Source: the human T2T-CHM13v2.0 reference genome, Homo sapiens. From it: a stretch of DNA of 64,000 nucleotides. The stretch lies in the NCBI RefSeq assembly GCF_009914755.1, contig NC_060940.1; one strand, 5' to 3'. The notes under the pieces are model-generated. The model was not told where the DNA came from. It saw only the letters and a list, made by a program, of their open reading frames with translations, and made no database searches. How positions within the stretch are numbered: the stretch's first letter is position 1; each line of letters starts with the position of its first letter. Shown piece by piece: positions 14,916 to 28,735 of the stretch. Both the position numbers and the translations under genes were made by a program.

Positions 14916-16519
14916 GGTACAATCGGAATCTGCAGAGACTGGGGCCCCAGGGGTGCTGATGCGGTCGCCACAGGGCAGTGCACATTCTTCACCTTCCATA
15001 GCCAAGATCTTTACTTTTGACCCAGTTCTTGGCATCAAACATCCACCCACGTGCACAGGCCCCATGAAGGCAATCACCACATTTTACCGTATGGTTTGTC
15101 TTTTCAGAAAATTCCTGAACATTTCCCTGAATGAGACTGAAATCCATTTTTCCAGATCTTTAGGGGCAGTCAATTAATGCATAAGGTCAAAGTACTAATC
15201 ATCTATTCATAGACAATTATATCACCAGGCCTCCAAAGGCATGAAGTGAACAGACCAGCCAGTGATACAGAATTCAAATTCTCCCATTCCCATTGGAACC
15301 CTGTCAGGGAGGAGTGGTGGTCACAGGCAGCACCCGGGGCTTGTGGGACATTGCTGTGTAAACCTCCACCCAACAACAGCCACCCAGCTGCCCACACGGT
15401 CCCCAGCATGGAGCGGACACCTCCTTTGTTTACAAGTTGACACATCTGGAATATACCCAAAGCATGCACCAGAGATAGCCATTCATTTATCTGCACTGCC
15501 TGTTTTCAATAGTCAGATTCTCACGAACAAACCTCGTTCACCCACACCAAAAATAACATGAACGGTTTAGAGGAATGCAGGCCCTATTAGGTGCTGCACA
15601 GCGTTTCATGCAAGCCATCACAGAGGGCCAAACCAGGACCCTTCTTAGGTGATTTTATGAACAAGGCCGAATATTGACCCTGAGAGCTTCCCACGGGCTT
15701 TACGATGAAGATCAGCAGAGTCCAGCCAAGAGCATTTTCACAGACAGATTCGTTTGTGATCAGAGACGCCCTCGTCATGGCTTTCTGCTCTTGGTGATTA
15801 AACCAAAGAGAACAGAGACATTTAACTAGACATGAACTGGAAATAGATTCTGGCTCAAAACCCACAGAGAGAAGAGAAAAACACAGCAGATTGGTGGACA
15901 GAGGTTGAAGTGCCTCACTCCACTTGATTTGACAGTTGCCTTTAGGTTATTCTACCAGCCAGGTTGGACTAGGTTTGCCACAAACACACAACCCTCTTTT
16001 GTGTGACCTTGATCTTGTTTTTCTACTATGCTTCTGCAGAGAGCTGTAACCCCACCAGCATTCAAACATTGCCAGGCGCCATGGCAGAGACAAAAGAAGT
16101 CGTGGTAAATTGCACCCCGGACATAAAGCCTCCAGCCTGAGAGATATCACTTCTCCACACATTTATTGTCTTAACCTCAAAGCCACAGAGAAATTCTACC
16201 TGGGCCCGGACATTGGCAATAACCCTGATGGTTACGGCGGTGACTCATATTTTCTTTGGCTGCCCAGATGCACACAGGCTGGTGGCTATTTTCAAGGCTG
16301 CATTATAATTATTTTATAATCGTCGTGATCAGTCCTAATAACACATATTTAGTGAGTAGTTCCCAGGTGCAGGACACCTTGCCCCATGCCTTCTTTCCAT
16401 GAATTCATTCTTTAATTCATTCATTCAACAATTGTATACGGGGTGCCTACTGCGTGTGGAGCGTTATGCTGAGCAACTCACAACCACGCTTCTTCTTTGG
16501 AACCACCCTGTGAGACGGT

Positions 16520-16960
16520 GTGTGAGTCAGGATTTGCAGTTGCAATAACAGAATCCACTTGAGGAAGCTGACGCAGAAAAGAGAATTTATTCAGGAGTTC
16601 CTCTCACATAGTCTGTGGGACGTGTGGAAACCAGGAGCAATGCCTAGATCCCACTGGAGTGCGCTCCAGCAAAGACGTCACGGCTGAGGCCTCTGGCAGG
16701 TGGCATCACAGCGCTATGATCAGCCGTGGCAGTCTTGACAGAACCCACAGAACCAGATCCCTCCAGCACCACCCTCGCCTGAGCCTGCACCCACGCTGCC
16801 TCCTCCTGAACTAGGGCATGACATGCTCCTGCCTTCCTGCAAGGGGCATTGGGAAACTTACCTTGGAAGCAGGAGGCAAAGGGACACGCTGTTTACCTGC
16901 TGCTGGGAAGCCTAAACAAGGCAGGTGCTCAAGACAGGAAGTCTGCTCTGTGGACAACAC
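16520..16960 (-). mobile_element. MLT1 LTR (old) fragment
   Basis: gtgagtcaggatttgcagttgcaataacagaatccactt...agaatttatt. Confidence 0.5.
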
Positions 16961-17899
16961 AACTGAGCCTCAGGGAGCTTTAAAACAAACCAACGAAACC
17001 ACCAACCATCCCCACCCACCGGGTTCCCCAGCTAGAAGGGGTGCAGCAGGCGAAGTCCAGCCTGTCCCATTCCCAGCTGATGCCAAGCGGCACAAGGGTT
17101 CAGATGAACGTGACGTCAGGTCATCCTGCATGTGAGCGTCACGGAGGGCTCAGATGAATGTGGCCTCAGGTCATCCTGCCTGTGGCACACATCCCGGTGG
17201 GGATTTTCACAGCAGGTAATTAGATGTGTGTCTAGACGACCATTTCCTCCACTGTCGTTGCGACATCATGGGTTCTCCAATCAACAAGTACAAGGAGCAG
17301 AGAGCAGAGAGCCTGGCTGGAAGATGACACCTTCCTCCTCGGCTCTTCTCAGCCTTCGACCCTCAGGTCCCACGTTCCCCAGCTCCCTGGCCAGTCTCCC
17401 GGGCTCCACCCGCCCCTCCCTCACTCTCAGGAGAACTGAGCTGCTGCCGTGGACAGGAGGGAGGTGCTAGGGTGGGAGGGTCTTGCTCTCAGGTCTGTGC
17501 CTGGACTGCCTGGATTTCTGGCCTCACTCCCACCACACTAATAAGTGAGGATCTTGGGCAAATTCTTCACCTCTCTGAGTCTCAATGTCCCCTTCTGTGA
17601 AAGGGGATAAAGTAATCCATGTTATCAAAGTTCTGATTGTTATCATTAAACGGGATGGGAACATGACAGCTATTTCCAAGCTGGGAGGGGCTTTCTGCAA
17701 ATGAGCTGTTTTAGGATATCCCCTCTGAATGAATCCGTTTCAATTTTGCTACAGGCATTTGCAAATGAGCCCCCTGATGGAATTGTTATGTTAATGAGTA
17801 ATGCCATAACCTGGGGAATGGAGTGAATGACACCTTAGTTGGGGACATGTTGTTATTGCCAAACCCAGAAAATCTTTATGTAACTTTGCCCAAATGGTC

Positions 17900-18110
17900 A
17901 GGAACGTGGATGCTGGAGCCAGGCCTGAGTTTGAGTCCCAGCCTTGCCATTTTTGAGCTGTGTGACCTTGAGCAAGTGTCTCAACATCTCTGAACTTCCA
18001 TGTCTTTGTTTGTAAAATGGAGATAAGCCTAGCCCTGTGCGTGGTGAGATTTGGAGGCGTACATGAGGCCATTTGTAGAGCCAGCCACACACACTGAGAG
18101 CTCAGGGGAG
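17900..18110 (+). mobile_element. MIR SINE
   Basis: ctgtgtgaccttgagcaagtgtctcaacatctctgaac...tgtaaaatggagataa. Confidence 0.8.
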
Positions 18111-19347
18111 CCACTGTGCCTGGCTTTTTTTTTTTTAATCAGCAGATCATTGGTGCAGGAGGAGCGAGTGGACAGGCAGCTCCCAAGCAGATGGAGGAGA
18201 GAGGGGTGGCTGAGAACTTGGCTGTGAACACACAGTGGAGGGTGTGCTGATGTGGAGGTGAGAGGGTCCTCTCATCCCTCTGCAACCACAGAGAGCCACG
18301 GAGGGCCCACAAGCCCACAGCACCCAGATCGGGCTCTGGGAAGTTCCAGACAGAGCACCTGGTGTGGGACTCATTTCACCTGAGCAATGACTTCAGGTGG
18401 AACACTCGGCAGTACTGAAAATCGCAAGGGAAGTTCTGTAATTACGAGAGCCCCGAGCACCTCCCCACGCCTCTCTCAAGCATCCTGGCTGCCTCCATTA
18501 GCAAGCTAGAGCAGGCTTGGGCTGCAAGCCACGGTGTCTAGGAAGAGTTTAATAATGGCGGTGTGGTTTCTTGCCTTTATTTTTATAGCAGCTTCTGATG
18601 GCAATGAGAAATGACTATTTTCACGAAGGTCTGTGCTGTACAATTGTTCTTTTAAAATAAGGTAAAGTCAGAAAATGAGTTGATTTAAAGAAGAAATATT
18701 AGGGGGAGGATAATAGTATAAATGGAACATGCAGTGCCAGCAAAAACTGTGATGTGGAAGTTTGGAGAACAGTTTTCTTTCAAACAGATTGAGGGAGGGC
18801 AAATAAGACATAGCATACATTGCAAGGATCTAATCGGTCATCAGTATGTTCATTTACATTTTCAATTCTCCCCTATTGCATGAGTTTTATTTCCCACCAA
18901 AGCAATAAACACATACCTGGGTGAGTTGGGGGGGCGGGTATCAATGAGAAACTCCTATAGGGGACAGTAGTCTTTTCGACTCTGACCATCTGCCCTGATT
19001 GGAGACACTCTGAGACCACAGGTTGCTCTCAGCTCTGTGGACGTCCAAGACAGCAAAGCTGGGGGTGGGTGGCCGAAACAGGGACGTTCAGATGATGGCA
19101 CTGATGTTTGGCTTCTAAGACCCCTGGGTCACCAGCACCCAAAGGCGGCCGCCGTGTGCAGACTGGATGAGGGTTATTGTGGGTTGAGTAGGAATTTGCA
19201 ACACTCATCTTTTCTCACTGACTCTTGGCCATCTCCTGGTCTCCCCAAGCCCAGCCCCATCCTTGGAGAGGCGCACCCATCAGGAATGTGGAAGTCGGAG
19301 AGCTCGGGAGGAGTGAAATGCGGGTGCCGGGAGCCAGTCTCAAGGAA

Positions 19348-19407
19348 CGCGGCTAACAAAAGGCTCACATTGCCTGTCGCGGCTAACAAAAGGCTCACAT
19401 TGCCTGT
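19348..19407. repeat. Perfect 2 x 30 bp tandem duplication
   Basis: cgcggctaacaaaaggctcacattgcctgt twice. Confidence 0.95.
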
Positions 19408-19759
19408 AGGGCAGCAAGCGTTTATTCACACTGTCACCGCAGCAGCAGAATGAAGGCCATACCTGAAGAAGCTTTGTTATAATCTGGGTCTTCATTCTAA
19501 CTTTGTATCAATTATCACACACTTCCAGAAAACCATACAAACTCAATACCTAATCTCTAATTAATTACTATGTTAATATATCTAAAGATTATCCTCAGAA
19601 ATGCCAGACAATGCAACCAGTGGTTCAACACACTGTACTAAGTATTTACTATGGAAAACCACACAATCATTACAAAGTTAAGCCTATCCAAATGCACTGC
19701 TGAGAAAAATGACCACCTCCTATTGTTAAGGAAAAAGACCAGCTCGCAGGGCATTTGCT

Positions 19760-20100
19760 CACCCAGCCAACAATATTTCCTCAGTGTCCACCGCGTTGCA
19801 GGCATTGTTTTAGGTGCTGAAGATGCGGTAGTGCACAGTGCACATGCCAGGGAGGGAAGACGAAACGAATCAGTCCACAAGTAAACAGGAAAATGAACGC
19901 CGCCACTCAGACAATGAATAAAACAGGATGTGGGAAGGAGCGACCCGGGTCCCTTTGGCAGATGGCTGTGGCCTCACTGCCAAGGTGAGATTGGAGCTGA
20001 GAAGTGAAGGATGAATAAGAATCAGCCTGCAAAAGATGTGGCAGGGAGGGCTGGACTTACCGCTCAGACGCAGGCCGAGCAAAGCTGCCGAGAAGAAATT
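19760..20100 (-). mobile_element. L2 fragment
   Basis: caacaatatttcctcagtgtcc...caggcattgttttaggtgctgaagat. Confidence 0.6.
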
Positions 20101-23073
20101 CCGCGTCTTCCAGGACTGGAAAGAAACAGCCCTCAGCGTCTCCACCTGAAAACACCCAGCCAGGTGTGTGGTGTTTCCACTAAGCCCACTGTTCTCTCAG
20201 GAGCTCCAGGTGGAAGACTTCACCATCCTTCCGTGGAGAGATAGAAGTGGACGGCACCATTTGGAAAAGGTATTTTCTCACAGGCATGACAGTCACCTGT
20301 TAGGTGAGGTCGTCCTCACCCCTGACGTATCTCTGGAATTAATCTCTCTGTGTTCTCTTCATAGAACTCAGCACCTTATCTTTGCCTGGATTGCTTAAAC
20401 AGCTAAAACAGCCTTTTAAAGAAGCATAATATTGAAAACAATCGTCCTAGTTCCCATGTCTTAGACATCCTCGTAAATATCTGCTGGGCATGACCTCCTC
20501 TTCACATGCCCCTTTCGGAGAGGGACTGAAACCTCCCCTTTCACAAAGAAGGAACAGCAGGCGGCAAACAGCAGAGCTGGGATTTGAACTCAGGTCTCCC
20601 CAGCTGCAGGGAGGCAGGGCCATTAACTTTATACGGAAAGATATGCATTTTAAAATTGAAAACGAAGTATGCAAAGAACTCATGGAAAACCAGAGAGGAA
20701 ACAAGGAGATGACACGGAACAGCAAAAGAAGGACAGATAATAGAAAATGCAAAATCAGAAAATAAAAAGTCTATTTTATTTTATGTTGAACTTGGGTTTT
20801 TTGCAGTCTAAGTGGCAGGAGCAATTCCTCCTTCTTTTTGCTAATGAGACTTCTCTCCGCTGGCAGTTGGAGGCATTGCTTTGGACGCCACATTTGACAA
20901 CCCCCTCACTGGCCTTCCGGCCTCCACTCTGGCCCCTGCAGACCACCCTCCCCGGCTGCCAGGACATCCTCCTAGAATGCAAACGTGGCCCCGCCACTTC
21001 CCACTGCACATTTCTCAATGGTGCCCACTGTCAGCTAGGTCAAGTCCCAGCAGGCCCCAGGCAACCTCTGCAGCCTCTCACCCCCCATCCCTCCCTGCGA
21101 GGAGCCCCCTTCGGTCTCTGCTGGACGTGAGGTTTACTCTCCCACGCACCCCTCTAGAATCCCCCTGCCCTGACCCCTCTTCTCCAACTCAGGAAATTCT
21201 TGGGCTCCTTGGAGGGTCGCTGTAACATCGATAGCTTATTCTTTGCCACTGTAACGGCGTTCCCAGGTCTGTGATTGGCTGCGCATGAATCTGTCCTCTC
21301 CGTTACTTCCAGAGCTCCGTGAGAGCAGGGCCAGTATCCTGTTCATCTGTCTCTCTGGTGCCTCATTGGAAAAGAGCATGGGAGAGGCCAAAAAATGAAA
21401 AAAAAAATGACAGAACAGCTTGGTAAGATATCTCTTATGGGGGTACAGGATCTGGGAGAAGTGCATAAAGAGTTACCAACCAAGTGTGTGGGATGGGCAG
21501 GTCAGGGAAGGCTTCCTGGAGGAGGCGGTGGGCAAGCTAAAGGTTGGGCTGGAGCCAGTCAATGTGGCGGAGAAAAGAAATTGAGGCAGGGTTGAGGGTT
21601 CGGAGAGGCGAGGAACTCTGCCTCTGTGAGCATGAGTTAGAGGATGGTGAGAGATGGCCTTGGATAGGTAGATAATGGTCTGGAGCCCCTGTTATAAGCT
21701 TTAGGCTTCACGGTGAGAGGAGCAGGGATGCCTACAGGTTGTTTTCTTACAAGGAAGGAGTGGTGTGTGGTTGGGTTTCCATTTCAGAAAGGTCACTCTG
21801 ACCACAGAGGGGAGGACAGATTAGGAAGAGAGGTGGCTGGCTGTCATGTTTGGTTGTATAGGTTGGGCACTGCACAACTTTAGGGGTAAGATTTTCCCCT
21901 CTCTGGTGGCCTGGGTACGTGAGAGTGGCTGACATCATCTGATGGCAGAGACTCTCATTGGACAGTTGTTATGGGAAGTTAGCAACTGATGCTGGGCATG
22001 GCAACAAGCGGAGTGCTATGGACACAGAGAAAGGGACATGTTGGTTCAGAGAGACTCACAGATGCATCAACAAGGGCTCTGATCCTGCAGCTTTGAATGA
22101 GGCCTGGGGTGCAACCTGTTTGCGAGCTGGGTACCTAAGGGTGGCATCTATGGACCACCTAGAGGTGGATTTATCATGAAGCCAATGCAACTGAAGCTTC
22201 AGGACATGAATTTGCATAGTCCTCTTCCAATATGTCACCAAGGTCATATGTTTTTGTGAAATTTGCAAGATACTTTCATCACAGTTGGCTAAGACAGCTG
22301 TCTCCTCCTGCTCTGACTTGCCCTCCATCACCTCTGCTGGTGGCATGGGAGGGGCCGTGATTTGGCTAAGGGGAGGCTGATACCTGGATCCTGGGCTGTG
22401 AGCAGTAGACTGGCATCAGCAGCATTGCTGGTGCCATCAGGATACAGACACCAGGTGTGGTGGCTTCCAGCATGTTCCTCCTGCCCCTCTGTCAACTTCC
22501 CTGTATCATGACATGGAGGTGCAGAGACAAGGGTGGAACAGTGAAGCCACCACGCCCAGTGATGCCGGCAAGAACACGAGCAGGCGAGCATGGAAAAGGT
22601 TGGAATCTGCAGAGCCTGGTCTGTGGAAAATTCCTCCAAACAGATACACATGGCTGTAAACGTAGGACTCGATTCTCTTGGACTCAGTGAAAATGGCAAT
22701 TCATTCCCATCAGGAGTACCCTCAGCAATGCAGTGTGTAGGATGATAAGTGTGCCACAGCTCGTAAAAATCACTTTGGTGGGAATGGTATGTTTGATCAA
22801 GCTTGAGTATCCCACTATAGTTGGAACTTAGAAAGGGATTATGGAATATTCGAATAAAGAAAGTGAGAAATCGCAGACTCCTAATTTAGATGTATTTGAA
22901 GGGTACCTTCTTTTATCTTAAATTTGTTTGTTAAAAAACAATGGATGACTTGAGTAATATGAAACAAAAGAGATGAACATGAAGCATGGCACAGATCTTC
23001 CGACATTGAGAAGCGAATTATAACTGAAAATGTCCACATCATAACAGAAGCAGAAGTTCATTAAGAAGAGGTC

Positions 23074-23286
<213 letters not shown>

Positions 23287-23293
23287 GGAGGTT

Positions 23294-23647
<354 letters not shown>

Positions 23648-23648
23648 T

Positions 23649-23988
23649 CAGGGGTCCCCAGCTCCACAGCTGCTGATGGGTACTGGTCTGTGGGCTGTTA
23701 GGAACCAGGCCACACAGCAGGGGGAGCGCCGGGTGAGGGAGCATTACCACCTGAGCTCTGCCTCCTGTCAGATGAGGGGAAGCATTAGATTCTCATAGGA
23801 CCTCGAACCCTGTTGTGAACTGCACATATGAGGGATCTAGGTTGTGGGCCCCTTATGAGAATCTAATCCCTGATGATCTGAGGTGGAAGAGTTTCATCCT
23901 AAAACCATCCCCACCACCCACTCCCGTCCATGGGAAAACTGTCTTCCACAAAACCAGTCCCTGGTGCCAAAAAGTTTGGGGACTGCTG
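23649..23988 (+). mobile_element. MER1B with perfect 8-bp TSD
   Basis: TIRs caggggtcccca ... tggggactgctg; TSD acctagtt at 23641-23648 and 23989-23996. Confidence 0.93.
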
Positions 23989-24477
23989 ACCTAGTTACTG
24001 AAGAGAAGTGAGTAATATTAATATATTACACCAATATTTAAATTTCTTGCTGGCTGGATGGAAAATAACTGACATTCAGGTGGATAGGATAAAATCCACA
24101 AATAAAATCACTGATGACAAATTCAGTACTGTCAATTCAAACAGCATGTGATGTTATTAATTGTACAAGAAAACCTGAAATGACCTGAAATCTTACAACT
24201 CATACATGGAGGAAATTCAATAGAAGTTTTCCCAAATTTGATTATAGTCTTGAATTTTTTACAACAGTCTCAGTTGGGATCAATGGGTCACGTAGAAGCA
24301 TAATTATATCATTGTGAAACTAAAAGACATTTTTTCTAAGGTAACTTCCACCAAAGACACACAAAATCACACTGTAGCCAAATACGCCACAGCAGATGCT
24401 GATCTATCTTCCTCTTCTCACTGTAGAAAACAATGTCGACAAAATTGTCATCATATGAAAACGAGTTCCTTTGGGTT

Positions 24478-24792
24478 TATCTCTAAGAATTTGTTTTAGG
24501 AATCTGGGTGCTCCTGTATTGGGTGCATATATATTTAGGATAGTTAGCTCTTCTCATTGAATTAATCCCTTTTCCATTATGTAATGTCCTTCTTTGTCGT
24601 TTTTTATCTTTGTTGGTTTAAAGTCTGTTTTGTCAGAGACTAGGATTGCAAACCCTGCTCTTTTTTTGCTTTCCATTTGCTTAGTAAATTTTCCTCCATC
24701 CCTTTATTTTGAGCCTATGTGTGTCTTTGCATGTGAGATAGGTCTCCTGAATACAGCGCACCAATGGGTCTTGACTCTGTCCGATTTGCCAG
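24478..24792 (-). mobile_element. L1PA ORF2 (endonuclease region) internal fragment
   Basis: gaatctgggtgctcctgtattgggtgcatatatatttaggatagttagctcttc...gagcctatgtgtgtc. Confidence 0.92.
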
Positions 24793-26249
24793 AAGTAGCT
24801 TACCCAAAAGATTCTCTTGCCATTAAAATAAAGGCAGAATTCTATTTAACACATGTAGCAAAATAATGCTGAATGTGAACCTACTAGCCACTGCTGGTCC
24901 TGCAAAATTCTTGAACATACTTCACAGGTGCCATCTGGAACTACACCTGTACAAAAATCACCCCGAAAATAGTTTTCAATCAACATACACTTGCGATTAT
25001 ATTAAAAAAAAAAAAAAGAAAGAAAGAAGATCCAAGAACATGCAGCAAAAAGAAGGTATCGTGGGTGTGTGTCTGTCGGGCAATGAATTAGTGAAAATAT
25101 GTTAATTTGCAGATGTAGTGATATTTGCAGTATTTGTTAGCTTTTCAAAATATGCAATTTGTTATGGTTTCTTTTCTGAATATTCACTTTTGTAACTACT
25201 TTTATGTTTATAATTTTGTATTCTTTCCTTAAAGAAAGATCCTCATATTGTATTAAGGCTTGAACCCACAAAACCTGGATCTGGTGGTGGGGGCCAGGAA
25301 TATACATTTGCAATTTCAGACCAGTCAGAGGTCATATGGGGTAAGACTGAGGTGCCAGTAGTGAGGGCTGCCCAGCTCCAGGCTTGGAAACTCGCATTGG
25401 ATCCCAGCTGAACCAATGCCACTCTGGGCGGATGCTGTGACCCCGGAGACTTCACAGGCGGTTCACTCATTAATATCACTGGGCTCAGATCTGTGAAACC
25501 CACGCCTCCCACACGAAGCTCAGTCTTCCAGCCAAAATAACACACTGTAAGCTCGGGTGTAGTTGAAAGTGAAACCGCGTAGTTTTTAAAGGTTTAAAAG
25601 CTCACTTGAAGAAGGGCAAAGGGTCAGGAAAGAAAGAGTTCCATTTACAGAGACTTGGCAAATCTTTCCCAAGGAAGATGCCCCACTTACAACATGTACT
25701 TTCCACTCTGTGCACTGCCCCCAGGCTGGGGCCAAGGTGGCTAGTCAGTGTTCTTGTCCACAGTGGTGACGAAGGCTTGGCTTCTGAAGTTTGATCTGGG
25801 GAAAGAGGTAAACTTGGGCGTTTCAGAGGTGGAGGGAGGGTTCTGTGAGGGGTCAGGGGAGACAGATATGGAGTACAGTCAGGGGAACCCTGCATTGCAT
25901 ACCTGCAGCTATCACCGCTGGATGGGCCTGAGGGAATGACCTATTCCAAGCGCGTCTCATATGCCAAAGGGAAAAGAAACGAAGGCCGGAGAGTTTATGC
26001 CTCTTGCCGGAAGTCCCTGTGAAATGTGTGTGGGGCCAGGGGCGACAAGCATTGACTGGAAATCCGCCTTTTAACAGGAGCCTTATTCAGATTGACAAGT
26101 AGTTGGCATTCAGATTTTCCCATCTGAGCTCATGGCCGCAGTTCCTAAAAGGCTGTTTGAGGGTCCCCTGTCAACATTTCAGATTTGAAGGCACCACTTT
26201 AAGGGCCTTTATCATTATCCACAACAGCAGCAGCAGCATGAGTAGCATT

Positions 26250-26475
26250 AGGAATGCGTTTCCTCCTGTGCTTTGAGGCTTACGTAGGTCTTTCTTCTGC
26301 ATCGTTTCATGAAATTCTCACAAGAACACTATGAGGTAGGTGTCAGATGTCCATTTTACAGGACAGAAAAGAGATTAAAAAAAAGAGAGAGAGAGAGGAA
26401 AAAGGGCTTTATTCAAAGCCAAGTCAGTTCATATGGGCAGAGCCAGGACTTGAACGCAGGCCCCACAGTCTTAAC
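26250..26475 (-). mobile_element. MIR SINE
   Basis: ctcacaagaacactatgaggtagg...ccattttacagg...ggcagagccaggacttgaac. Confidence 0.65.
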
Positions 26476-27792
26476 TCCAATATTTTCAGCTGCCTTGGGA
26501 ACTTCTTGGAAGAGCCCATTCCATTTTCCTGCCATAACATCATGGAATGATGGGACGGGTGTGGGTGCTGTGGGTCCCAGTGACGCTGTCTCCCAACTGC
26601 CTCCAACAGGTGCTGCCAGGACACGACTCAATGTCTGGGTCGGGTGGACAGGAACGTGCTGTGGGCCCCGGCCCTTTGCTGTAAGCCTTCGCAGGTGCCG
26701 TTCATTCTGCCCGGGACGCGTCTCTGGCCTTTCTGAACGGGTGTTGCCTCCTCAGGAGCCCAGCTGACTCGTCTCACTGACTCCCCCTGCAGCCCTCTCC
26801 ACCATCTGGAATTAGCTCCCCTGTATCTTCCACTGCTTCCTCGACATCTGACTCACTGCAGTGGGTTCTAAGCTGCAGGAGGACAAGGGCCTTATTCCTC
26901 TGCTCACCAGTCTGCCCTCAGCAGCCACCGCTGGCACTCAGTGTGTTTTCAATAATCGTGTGTGGCTGAGATGCAGGCGGGAAGCAGAAGGAAGCCTTGT
27001 CTGCCACCATCAGGCCGTGTTGTAAGTGCAGGTGGCCCTGGGCTGCAAGTTTTCAACGGGGACATTAATCCCAAAGCGACGTCCTCGAGCATCCTTCTAT
27101 TCTGCAGCACTGCACTGTGCTACGAAAGAGCCGGGACAGAAGGCCAGGTTGCAACCCAAGTCCTTCCATTTTTACTGTAGAACCTGGGGCCGAGTGATGA
27201 ACCATCTTTAAGGCTTGGCCTCCTCATCTGTAAAGTGGGTCTGAGAGCAGTGCCACAGGGCTGCGTAGCCCTGAAGATAGCCCCGGAAGTAGGGTACTGA
27301 AATACCTACTCAGGACACCCCAAGGAAGTGCCCAGTCAACACCCAGCCAGAGAACAAACTGGGCAGTGCAAGTAACTCAGCTCTGGAAGGCTCCCCCTAG
27401 TATTTTACTAATAACTAACACTTAAACATTGCTGTCAGATCACAAATATTGTAAGCAAACATCACTCTGCCGTTGCTTGCACAATGAATGAGTGCAAGGC
27501 TGGCGATTTGGGGAGCCCATCTCAGTCATCAGTTCTCTCCCTGCAGGGACATTGTTTCACATGGCAGGGTTGTCACCTCAAATGCCTTCAAGAGCATGCA
27601 GGTACCCAAAGGAAGGAGGCAGCAGGGGTTAGGTATGACCTTGCTCCCAACCAAGGACACCAAAAAATTGAAAACACAGTGGTCACTCAATAAAATCTAT
27701 CTCCAGGTCATCCTACAGGCTAGCACTTTGCAACTCTGATACATTGCATGGGGACACTTGATTACTGGTGACAATTCCAAATGAGATTATTT

Positions 27793-28106
27793 CAGGTCCC
27801 CAAACCCTTATTTGAAACCCCTGGGGCCAGATGCATGCATAATTCAGAAGTGTCATGGGTCGTGGAAGGTAACATGGTGCACAGACCCCACATAATATAA
27901 CTCCCCACAGGGTTTGGGGCAGCCTTTCACGAACAGTTCTGCAGGGAGTGTTTCAGCATTCAAGCTAAGAGGGAGAAACTGAGATTAAAGACAGTCTCAC
28001 GCATGTTCAGGGTAGCAAGTTTCGCTGCCAGTTGAGCTTTTATTATTTTTTTATTAGATTTTCACGTTTGGGATATTGGAATTGCTGAAAAGAGATTGTG
28101 GATCTG
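27793..28106. mobile_element. TcMar-Tigger-type MITE
   Basis: Inverted termini caggtccccaaaccctta ... agagattgtggatctg; ggggccagatg, ggtttggggcagc. Confidence 0.65.
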
Positions 28107-28396
28107 TGAGGCCAGGTTCTTAGTCTCTCAGGCAGACCCTGATGCACCGGCTGCCTCTAGTGTCCCTCTGTCCGTTTCCCCGTGGCCTGGGGAAGAGGCT
28201 CCCTTGTCCTCCCGTGTCCAGTGCCACGCCACCTCCTCTGTTCTTCTTCCCTCATCAGTGGCCTTCCCATCCAGGCTTCTGAGAGCTGCGGAGATTTTTT
28301 CCTCTCTGCATATCTTGCAGTGTTCAGACTCTCAGCGCCAAGGCCAGTTTAGCTGCTAATTGAGCGGAACAGCACCAGATGAGCCAACTGATATTT

Positions 28397-28735
28397 GATG
28401 AGCAAAGGCGGATTCCACGCTGGATCACCAGTGAGCCACGGTGATGGGGGCTAGACTTGCGTCCGATGAGCAAAGGCGGGTTCCACGCTGGATCACCAGT
28501 GAGCCACGGTGATGGGGGCTAGACTTGCGTCCGATGAGCAAAGGCGGGTTCCACGCTGGATCACCAGTGAGCCACGGTGATGGGGGCTAGACTTGCGTCC
28601 GATGAGCAAAGGCGGGTTCCACGCTGGATCACCAGTGAGCCACGGTGATGGGGGCTAGACTTGCGTCCGATGAGCAAAGGCGGGTTCCACGCTGGATCAC
28701 CAGTGAGCCACGGTGATGGAGGCTAGACTTGCATC
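28397..28735. repeat. Minisatellite, 5 x 68 bp
   Basis: Unit gatgagcaaaggcgggttccacgctggatcaccagtgagccacggtgatgggggctagacttgcgtcc at 28397, 28465, 28533, 28601, 28669. Confidence 0.97.

Noticed and set aside
18905-18930. Back-to-back splice donors on both strands (acatacctgg / gtgagt)
   Set aside because: No matching acceptor or exon identified; expected by chance
28397-28735. CRISPR-like array (also 37498-38409, 34520-34745, 63503-63755)
   Set aside because: Units are head-to-tail with no unique spacers, no cas genes, and the context is primate DNA; these are minisatellites
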